From Acidobacteriota bacterium (GTDB taxonomy: Bacteria; Acidobacteriota; Terriglobia; Bryobacterales; Bryobacteraceae): DNA of 32,000 nt. The stretch spans positions 90,737 to 122,736 of the forward strand of contig JAFKEE010000018.1 in the NCBI GenBank assembly GCA_017307505.1. The letters are read 5' to 3'. Shown piece after piece: positions 25,617 through 32,000 of the stretch (position 1 is its first letter; every line of letters begins with the position of its first letter). The position numbers and the translations under genes are program-made. The notes under the pieces were generated by a model. That model saw nothing but the letters and a program-made list of their open reading frames with translations, was not told where the DNA came from and searched no databases.

Positions 25617-27494
25617 TTACGGCAGGCTGAAAACGACGAGAGTGTTGTCGAGCTTGCCGAGGCTGGATTCGTGGCCTCCCGCGGCCACAGCGACGAACTG
25701 TTTGCCGCCGGTCTGGTAAGTCATCGGGACGGCCCGGGAGCTGGCGGGGAGCTGGCCGCGCCAGAGTTCCTTGCCGGTCTCGATGTCATAGGCCTTGAGG
25801 AAGGGATCCAGGGTGGCTCCGAGGAAGACGAGCCCTCCGGCGGTGGCGATGGGTCCGCCGAGAAGGATGGAGCCGAACTTGGCGGCGACGGTCTCGGGCA
25901 TGCCGGGGAAAGCGCCGACGGGGACCTGCCACTTGAGGGCTCCGGTGGAGGCGTCGATGGCGGCCAGGGTGCCCCATGGCGGAGGCGTGCAGGGGACACC
26001 ACTGGGGGCGCGCAGCAGGATGCGGGACATGGCGTAGGGGGCGCCTTTCTGCTCGGTGATCTCGGCTCCGATGCGGTTGGTGCTACGCGCCTGTTTGAAG
26101 TCCGCGGAGGGGATCAGCTTGATGACAGCGGCGAGGTTGTTGATGGGAACGATGAGGGTGTTGTGATCACGATCCCAGGCCAAGCCGCCCCACTGCATGC
26201 CGCCGACGTTGCCGGGAATGACGAGGGACCCCTGCAGGCTGGGGGGCGTGAAGATGCCCTCGTTGCGGAGGGCGGCGATCTGGTCGCGACACCATGTTTT
26301 GTCGGTCTCGTTCAGGCCGAAGGCTTCGTCGGCCGGGAGGCTCTGGCGGGTCCAGGGCTTGGGCATGAGCGGCACGGGCTGGGTGGGCGAGGACTGCTCG
26401 CCGGGTATGTCACTGGCGGGGACTTTGCGCTCCTCGACGTCGAAGAGCGGGGCGCCGGTAGTACGGTCGAGGAGGAAGAGGTGGCCGGTCTTGGAGCCGA
26501 AGGCGACGGCGGGAATCTTCTGCCCGCGGCGCTGGAAGGTAAAGAGGGTGGGCTGGTTGGCGACGTCATAGTCCCAGATGTCGTGATGGACGGTCTGGAA
26601 GCCCCAGACGCGTTTGCCGGTGGTGGCGTCGAGGGCGACGACGGAGTTGGCGTCGCGATTGTCGCCGGGGCGGAGTCCGCCGTAGTAGTCGGGGCTGGAA
26701 CTGCCGGTGGGAATGAAGACGAGGTTGCGCTTGGGGTCGGTAGATAGGATGGACCAGGCGTTGGCGGCTCCCGTATTGGCGGTGTCGATGGGGTGCCAGG
26801 TCCACTTGAGGTCGCCGGTGCGGGCGTCGAAGGCCCGGACCTCGCCGGAGACGCTTTTGGCGCGGTGGTTATCAGCGATGGCGGAGCCTACGATGACCAG
26901 GCCGTTGATGACAGCCGGCGGAGAGGTTTCTTCATACTCGCCTTTGTATTCGGGGCCGCGTTTGAGGCCAGCCTCCAGATTGATCACGCCTTTGTCGGCG
27001 AAGCCGGCGCAGGGGGCTCCGGTGGCGGCGTCGAGGGCCGTGAGGCGGGCGTCGATGCTGGCGAAGAAGATGCGCTGGCGGCAGGGGGTTCCGGCCTTGG
27101 CCTTGGGGTCGGCCCAGAAAGTGACGCCGCGGTTGGCGAAGTCGCCGTAGTCGCCCGGGACGATTTTGGCGTCGTAGGACCACTTCTGTTTGCCGGTGGC
27201 GGCGTCCAGCGCGAAGACGTGTCCGTAGGGCGTGCCGATGTACATGACGCCGTCGATGACGATGGGGGTGGCTTCGAAGGCGGGGCCTTTGCCATGGCCG
27301 GGCAACGGCGTAACAGGTTCGCCGGTGGAGAAGGTCCAGGCGACCTTGAGGGTGGCCACGTTGCCTCGGTGGATCTGTTTCAGCGGGGAGTATTTCGATC
27401 CACCATCGTCTCCGCCGTAGACGGGCCAGTTGGTGTCGCCGGCGGAAAGGATTGAGCACACAATTAGGGCGGCCCAGCGCCAGTGGGTAGACAT
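25617..27494 (-). CDS. PQQ-dependent beta-propeller dehydrogenase (quinoprotein glucose/sugar dehydrogenase-like), secreted
   Basis: Signal peptide, then DTNWPVYGGDDGGSKYSPLKQIHRGNVATLKVAWTF, the typical quinoprotein N-terminus. Repeated propeller blades (ALDAATG..W motifs). No N-terminal multi-TM anchor and no vicinal Cys-Cys. Confidence 0.8.
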   Translation of the reverse strand: MSTHWRWAALIVCSILSAGDTNWPVYGGDDGGSKYSPLKQIHRGNVATLKVAWTFSTGEPVTPLPGHGKGPAFEATPIVIDGVMYIGTPYGHVFALDAATGKQKWSYDAKIVPGDYGDFANRGVTFWADPKAKAGTPCRQRIFFASIDARLTALDAATGAPCAGFADKGVINLEAGLKRGPEYKGEYEETSPPAVINGLVIVGSAIADNHRAKSVSGEVRAFDARTGDLKWTWHPIDTANTGAANAWSILSTDPKRNLVFIPTGSSSPDYYGGLRPGDNRDANSVVALDATTGKRVWGFQTVHHDIWDYDVANQPTLFTFQRRGQKIPAVAFGSKTGHLFLLDRTTGAPLFDVEERKVPASDIPGEQSSPTQPVPLMPKPWTRQSLPADEAFGLNETDKTWCRDQIAALRNEGIFTPPSLQGSLVIPGNVGGMQWGGLAWDRDHNTLIVPINNLAAVIKLIPSADFKQARSTNRIGAEITEQKGAPYAMSRILLRAPSGVPCTPPPWGTLAAIDASTGALKWQVPVGAFPGMPETVAAKFGSILLGGPIATAGGLVFLGATLDPFLKAYDIETGKELWRGQLPASSRAVPMTYQTGGKQFVAVAAGGHESSLGKLDNTLVVFSLP

Positions 27495-27615
27495 GAACGC
27501 AGTGTCGCAGGTTCGATGGGGAGGCTCAACGGCGGCGGACAGCCTCTGTGGTTGCGACCACTGCTTCCCCGCCGGTGATCAGGAGCGCACTTGCGGCCAT
27601 CGCCGTTGCTCCGGC

Positions 27616-28407
27616 CTAGAGCGCAAGCTTGCCTTCGTACATCATGTCTTTCAGTTTGAACTTGCGCCTGATGGAGAGCTCACCTAGTTTGGTGGCGAAC
27701 TCGACTTCCTTGTCTTCGAGTTCGATGAGGTGGGTTCGCGGGAAGCTGAAGTTGAACGCGAACGAGTTGGTTTGCGAGATCTGGATGACCAGCGGCTGCA
27801 CCTTTTCGTGGGCTTTCCAGCTTAGAGTCGTGGCTTCCTTGATCTCGGCTTCCACCTTGGGGGTGAGTTGGCGGGGGCGCTCGGTCGCGGCTTCGTTCTT
27901 CCTGGGCGGTCCGGAGACGTTGATGACGTAGAACTGATCTTCTTTTTCGATGAATGCCTTGGCCTGGGGCGAAGTCGCCGCTTCGGCGCCCATCTTCGTG
28001 TAGACGAAGGCCAGCTTCATGGGCAGGGCGCTCATCCAGCGGACGGTGTAGATGACGCTGGGGGCGGCCGCGGGGCCGTCATTCGTCACGCCGCCGCGGC
28101 CGGTTGTGCTGCCGTCCATGCTCGCGCCGCCCATGCCGCCGCTGGAATCGGCCGAAGGCATGCCACCACCGCCACCGCCGCGCCCGCCCCGGCCGCGTCC
28201 GCCGCCGCCGGTATTGCTGGGCATGCTGGATCCCAGCGTGACAGAGACTGGCTTGGCCCACGGGGAATCGGAGAGGATGTGCTGGAGTTCCTTGGGGCTC
28301 CATTCTGCAGGCTTCTTGGCGAGCCAGGGCTCCTCGGCCTGCAAGCGCAGGGGCAGAGCGGCTGAGCCGAGTAAGTAGAGAGCGTCGCGGCGATTCCAGC
28401 CGGGCAT
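27616..28407 (-). CDS. exported hypothetical protein with Tat-like signal and internal Gly/Arg-rich low-complexity segment
   Basis: GGAGG SD 6 nt before the ATG at 28407. The N-terminus MPGWNRRDALYLLGSAALPLRLQA has a twin Arg and a hydrophobic core. Internal segment NTGGGGRGRGGRGGGGGGMPSADSSGGMGG. Ordered-looking flanks. Confidence 0.6.
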   Translation of the reverse strand: MPGWNRRDALYLLGSAALPLRLQAEEPWLAKKPAEWSPKELQHILSDSPWAKPVSVTLGSSMPSNTGGGGRGRGGRGGGGGGMPSADSSGGMGGASMDGSTTGRGGVTNDGPAAAPSVIYTVRWMSALPMKLAFVYTKMGAEAATSPQAKAFIEKEDQFYVINVSGPPRKNEAATERPRQLTPKVEAEIKEATTLSWKAHEKVQPLVIQISQTNSFAFNFSFPRTHLIELEDKEVEFATKLGELSIRRKFKLKDMMYEGKLAL

Positions 28408-28499
28408 ACAGGACCTCCTGAGTACGATTCACTCAGAAGCATACAACACGCGGGAGCGGCTGGCCAGCGGAGCAGCGGGTCCGATTGTCTCCCTGCAGC

Positions 28500-29702
28500 T
28501 TATTCCGTCGGTGTCGACTTGGCGGGCGCATAGGCCCAGAAATCCTGCTGGACGCGGTCCTGCAGTTCACCGAGGACGGACTGCACGCGGGCGTGCGATT
28601 CATCCTTCACGATGAAGCCGACGTGATTCTTCTTGTCCATGCGCCAGACAATCTCGGGGTACTGGTAGGCCGAAGTGTCGGGCTGTTCCTGCCTGGCCAG
28701 TGAGACGAGCAGGCCGGCGTAGTCGTTGCGCGCGGCGGGGACTTTGTACTCCCGCTTGCCTCCGGCGACCTCGATGCGGGCCCATTCGGCCCAGAGATTG
28801 ATGCCTGTGGCGGCTTCGACGAGTTCGGCGATGTGGGCACCGCCGACGCGGGCCGCGGTTTCCAGGAAGTACACCTTGCCGTCGAGCTTCCCGATGATGA
28901 ATTCGGTGTGGGAGACGCCGCGGACCAGGCCGAGGGCTTTCAGCAGATGCTGGTTGAGCTCGATGAGTTCTTTTTCGTGTTCGCTGCCGCGTTCGAGCAG
29001 GCGGGTGGTAAAGATGCCTCCGCCCTGAGCGACGTCGAGGGGCGGGCGGCCATAGCCGCTGGCCACGGCAAAGAGGATTTCACGGTCGTTCACGATGGAA
29101 TCGACGTGGAAGATGTCGCCGGGTACGTAGCGTTCCAGCAGGTAGTTGGGGGCGTTGTCGCCGAGTTCGTGGATGAGCGACCAGAGCTCGCCGGCGGTTT
29201 CCACCTTTCGGATTCCAATGGAGCCGGCAAAGCTGCGCGGCTTAAGAACCCAGGGGGCGGGGGTGCGTTCGACGAAGCGGCGGATGCGCTCGTGATTCAG
29301 GATGTGGACGAACTCGGGGACGGCGATGGCGGCTTCGTTGGCGCACATGCGCATGGCGAGTTTGTCGCGGAAGCGGCGTACGGTGGTCTCGCCCATACCG
29401 GGGATGCGGAGGTGTTCGCGCAGGGAGGCGGCGAGTTCGAGGTCGAAGTCGTCCAGGGGGACGATGCGATCGAGATACTCGGTGCGGGCGAGGTAGGCGA
29501 CTGCTTTGAACGTGTCCTCGCGGTTCCACACCTTGTTGTCGTCCGGCATGTAGAAGATGTCGTCGACGGCGTCGCGCGGCCACTGGTCTTTCAGGCTGAG
29601 CGAGGTGAGCAGCAGGACTCGGGCGCCTTCGGCTTTGGCCTTGTAAAGGAAGGCATGGCCCTTCTGGTAGCTGGCGATGGCCAGGATCGTGGGTGGACGC
29701 AT
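28500..29702 (-). CDS. ATP-grasp domain ligase (unknown substrate)
   Basis: 400 aa. A pre-ATP-grasp N-domain is followed by WVLKPRSFAGSIGIRKV, LLERYVPGDIFHVDSIV and HTEFIIGKLDGKVYFLETAARVGGAHI, which are typical ATP-grasp nucleotide/Mg-binding elements. It starts 5 nt after the upstream small ORF. Confidence 0.8.
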   Translation of the reverse strand: MRPPTILAIASYQKGHAFLYKAKAEGARVLLLTSLSLKDQWPRDAVDDIFYMPDDNKVWNREDTFKAVAYLARTEYLDRIVPLDDFDLELAASLREHLRIPGMGETTVRRFRDKLAMRMCANEAAIAVPEFVHILNHERIRRFVERTPAPWVLKPRSFAGSIGIRKVETAGELWSLIHELGDNAPNYLLERYVPGDIFHVDSIVNDREILFAVASGYGRPPLDVAQGGGIFTTRLLERGSEHEKELIELNQHLLKALGLVRGVSHTEFIIGKLDGKVYFLETAARVGGAHIAELVEAATGINLWAEWARIEVAGGKREYKVPAARNDYAGLLVSLARQEQPDTSAYQYPEIVWRMDKKNHVGFIVKDESHARVQSVLGELQDRVQQDFWAYAPAKSTPTE

Positions 29703-29707
29703 GGGGA

Positions 29708-29935
29708 CTACTCGACCGGGACTTTCGTGCCTTTGGTTTCGGGCTGGGAGAGATTCTCGATGCGAGCGTCGATGAGCGCGCGGATGCCCTTGAGGAATTC
29801 GATGCGCGCGGTGTCGAAGTGGTGTTTAGCGCCTTCGGGCGGGCCGATCTTGCGCAGGAAATCACTCATGGCTGGCCCGGCGCCGCCGCAGAAGCAACTG
29901 CCGCAGTTGGCCGAATTGGTTTTGTCATCGATCAT
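29708..29935 (-). CDS. small (75 aa) Cys-cluster protein ending in Glu; unrecognised family
   Basis: MIDDKTNSANCGSCFCGGAGPAMSDFLRKIGPPEGAKHHFDTARIEFLKGIRALIDARIENLSQPETKGTKVPVE. Third-position GC bias is strong. Its ATG overlaps the ArsA-like stop (ATGA at 29935-29932). It is the only plausible part of the 500-aa ORF 29708-31210. Confidence 0.65.
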   Translation of the reverse strand: MIDDKTNSANCGSCFCGGAGPAMSDFLRKIGPPEGAKHHFDTARIEFLKGIRALIDARIENLSQPETKGTKVPVE

Positions 29936-31122
29936 GGGCGCTCCTCCATCCTGACACTCAGGATGCCACCATCCAGCTTCGCGCGCACGGGGGTGAGGGC
30001 CATCATGGAGGCGGGCAGCCCGATGTGGCGGCGGATGGTTCCGATTTCGACGACGAGTTCGTCGCCTTTCTTGAAGAGACCCACCTCGCCTTTTTCCGTG
30101 AAAGGGACGCGGAGGTGGACCTGATAGTAGCCGTCGTGCTTGGTGAAGTCGTAGGGGCGTTCGGTGCGGGTGATGGCGGCCGGGTCCGACTGGTCGGCGT
30201 AGAGGACGCGGGCGAGTTCCGTGATGCGGGGCAGGCCGAGGACCTCGTGCGGGAACAGCGGGATCTGCGAGACGGGCACCGGGGCGAAGTAGGTTTCCAC
30301 TTCGCTCAGGAAGCGCTGCTGCGAGGCGCGCCACTCCTGGAAGTAAGCGTCCGTGATGGTTTCCGGCAGGACGCGATTGACCACTACCTGGTCCACGGTG
30401 AGGCCGTGCAGGGAGAAATAGACAAAGGCGCGTTGGGTTTCGCGGATCACCATCTTCTCGACATTGGTGACGAGGCGGACGCTGGTGATGCCGGGGTCTT
30501 CCATCAGCGTGTCGATGCCCTCGATCTTGTTGAAGAGTTCCTTGACGTTGGCGAAGTAGGAATCGGGCGGGAGTTCCACAGGCGAGACGCGATTGGCGAG
30601 CGGCCGGACTGCCCGCAGAATGCCGCGCTGCAGCGGGAAGATGTGCTTCATGTACCAGTCGAGGGTGGTCGGCATGGAGACGAAGCGGAGGCTTTCGGCG
30701 GTGGGGGCGCAATCGAGCACGACGACGTCGTAGCGCGCTTCGCGCCGGTACTGGTTGACGTACATCATGGCGCTGAGCTCTTCCATGCCCGGGAAGATCG
30801 CCATCTCTTCGGCCTCGACATCGTTGAGTCCGGAGGTGCGCAGGACACCGGTAATGTAACCGGCGATTTCGGCCCAGTGGCGTTTGATCTCCTTCTGAAT
30901 GTTGACTTCGTGGATGGAGAGGTTGGGGGCGATTTCCAAGGGTTCTGAAGTTTTCGCCTGGAAGAGGCCCGACTCCATGTCGAACGCGTCGGCCAGCGAG
31001 TGAGCGGGATCCACGCTCATCACCAGGGTGCGATAGCCCAGTTCCGCCAGACGTACGCCGGTAGCGGCGGCGACACTGGTTTTGCCGACGCCTCCCTTGC
31101 CGCTGTAGAGAAGAATGCGCAT
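29932..31122 (-). CDS. ArsA/Get3/TRC40-family ATPase with C-terminal HSP20/alpha-crystallin-like domain
   Basis: MRILLYSGKGGVGKTSVAAA (deviant Walker A), SVDPAHSLADAF, VVLDCAPTAESLRF. The C-terminus DGYYQVHLRVPFTEKGEVGLFKKGDELVVEIGTIRRHIGLP...AKLDGGILSVRM is HSP20-like. Confidence 0.88.
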   Translation of the reverse strand: MRILLYSGKGGVGKTSVAAATGVRLAELGYRTLVMSVDPAHSLADAFDMESGLFQAKTSEPLEIAPNLSIHEVNIQKEIKRHWAEIAGYITGVLRTSGLNDVEAEEMAIFPGMEELSAMMYVNQYRREARYDVVVLDCAPTAESLRFVSMPTTLDWYMKHIFPLQRGILRAVRPLANRVSPVELPPDSYFANVKELFNKIEGIDTLMEDPGITSVRLVTNVEKMVIRETQRAFVYFSLHGLTVDQVVVNRVLPETITDAYFQEWRASQQRFLSEVETYFAPVPVSQIPLFPHEVLGLPRITELARVLYADQSDPAAITRTERPYDFTKHDGYYQVHLRVPFTEKGEVGLFKKGDELVVEIGTIRRHIGLPASMMALTPVRAKLDGGILSVRMEERP

Positions 31123-31208
31123 CTGCCTCTATGATGCGCCCGGCGGGCCCGAAGCGTGATTTTCGGAGCCGGATGCCATGCGGGGGCGGTGGATTACCAT
31201 GGACATTC

Positions 31209-32000
31209 ATGGAGCGTCGCCAGTGGATTCAGCTCATGGCCGTACTTTCGGCTGCTCAACCCGTCCCGGCCCAGCCGCCTGAGCGGCCGCCGGCGCCCAA
31301 GTTCACACGGGAGCAGGTGGCGGCCGCCCTGAAATTGCTGGGGCTCGAGTTCACCGACGCGCAGGTGGAGGCGATGCTGCCGGGGTTGGGGCGCGCGGCG
31401 CTGGACTATGAGCGGCTGCGCAGGATCGACGTGCCGCTGGATACGGAGCCGGGCTTCAGTTTCCATCCGGGGTTGCCGGGCAAGCAGCCGAAAGGCGGCA
31501 TTTCCCGATTTGCGCCGCTGGGGAAAGCGGCTCCGGTGAAGAAGACGTGGGGCTCGCTGGAAGATCTGGCCTTCGCACCGGTCACCGAACTGTCCGCGCT
31601 GTTGCGAGCCCGGCTGGTGAGTTCGACCGACCTGACCAAGATGTACCTGGAGCGGCTGAAGCGGTTTGGGCCGAAGCTGCTGTGTGTCATTACGCTGACA
31701 GAAGAGCTGGCGCTGCAGCAGGCAAAGGAGGCCGACGCGGAAATCAGGGCAGGGAAGTATCGCGGGCCGCTGCACGGGATTCCCTATGGCCTGAAAGACC
31801 TGTTCGCCACGAAGGGGATCCGGACGACGTGGGGGGCTGAGCCGTTTCAGGAGCAGGTGCCTGACTACGACTGTACGGTGTATACGCGATTGAAGAAGGC
31901 CGGCGGCGTCCTGGTGGGCAAGCTCTCGATGGGAGCGTTGGCGCAGGGCGGATTGTGGTTTGGCGGGATGACAAAGACGCCCTGGAACCTGGAGCAGACG
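31209..32000 (+). CDS. amidase-signature family amidase, N-terminal part (3' end beyond window), Tat/Sec-like N-terminus
   Basis: My own translation from the ATG at 31209 (the frame is open to 32000 and absent from the ORF track): MERRQWIQLMAVLSAAQP...LHGIPYGLKDLFATKGIRTTWGAEPF...AGGVLVGKLSMGALA. This is collinear with the N-terminal region of amidase-signature enzymes. Confidence 0.8.
   Translation, partial: MERRQWIQLMAVLSAAQPVPAQPPERPPAPKFTREQVAAALKLLGLEFTDAQVEAMLPGLGRAALDYERLRRIDVPLDTEPGFSFHPGLPGKQPKGGISRFAPLGKAAPVKKTWGSLEDLAFAPVTELSALLRARLVSSTDLTKMYLERLKRFGPKLLCVITLTEELALQQAKEADAEIRAGKYRGPLHGIPYGLKDLFATKGIRTTWGAEPFQEQVPDYDCTVYTRLKKAGGVLVGKLSMGALAQGGLWFGGMTKTPWNLEQT

Noticed and set aside
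25593-27455. 384-aa (25593-26747) and 220-aa (26793-27455) plus-strand ORFs
   Set aside because: Both are antisense to the PQQ dehydrogenase gene and have Gly/Asp/Val-rich nonsense translations.
27526-27600. 24-codon minus-strand mini-ORF (MAASALLITGGEAVVATTEAVRRR) just upstream of the PQQ dehydrogenase gene, considered as a PqqA-like precursor
   Set aside because: It lacks the conserved Glu-x3-Tyr core of PqqA. It has no SD, and no pqqB-E genes are nearby. It is most likely a chance ORF in the intergenic region.
28130-28215. GC-rich CCGCCG/CCACCG repetitive DNA, considered as a tandem repeat or array
   Set aside because: It is the coding sequence, on the minus strand, of the Gly/Arg-rich low-complexity segment of the exported protein. 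There is no regular repeat-spacer structure.
28833-30948. 373-aa (28833-29954) and 307-aa (30025-30948) plus-strand ORFs
   Set aside because: They are antisense to the ATP-grasp and ArsA-like genes and have no motifs. They are shadow ORFs.
29936-31210. Upstream about 425 codons of the 500-aa minus-strand ORF 29708-31210
   Set aside because: This part is out of frame with, and fully overlapping, the clear ArsA/Get3-like gene. Its translation is Arg/Pro/His-rich. Only the last 75 codons, from the ATG at 29935, look like a real gene.

Overview
This is a GC-rich (judged by eye) bacterial chromosomal segment, densely coded on both strands. I found no rRNA, tRNA, CRISPR array, IS element or prophage. 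The gene content looks Acidobacteriota-like, which is an inference: a PadR regulator translationally coupled to an ADOP-type duplicated FtsX/MacB-like orphan permease, a remnant of a second such permease, squalene-hopene cyclase, and many Sec/Tat-exported hypotheticals. Most genes are housekeeping: eda (partial), scpA-scpB-rluB, gltX-glnS, two tandem signal peptidase I genes, rsmI, shc, an L-rhamnose-isomerase-type sugar isomerase, a PQQ beta-propeller dehydrogenase, a carbamoyltransferase, and a divergent azoR-dinB / arsR-SRPBCC stress module. The best candidate for something undescribed is a tightly coupled minus-strand operon at 28500-31122. It encodes an ArsA/Get3-type ATPase with an HSP20-like tail, then an unannotated 75-aa Cys-cluster protein ending in Glu that is hidden inside a spurious 500-aa ORF, then an ATP-grasp ligase. 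Other points worth a second look: a non-OB-looking protein that ends in the canonical SSB tail DDDIPF; a membrane protein with a catalytically degenerate MPN/JAMM-like domain heading the double lepB operon; a perfect 16-bp hairpin over the padR ribosome-binding region; a doubled TCAACC-N4-GGTTGA operator in the azoR/arsR divergent region; and a decayed permease gene fragment with an in-frame TAG. All family calls rest on motif recognition from the translated ORFs. No database search was possible, so each needs HMM or BLAST confirmation.
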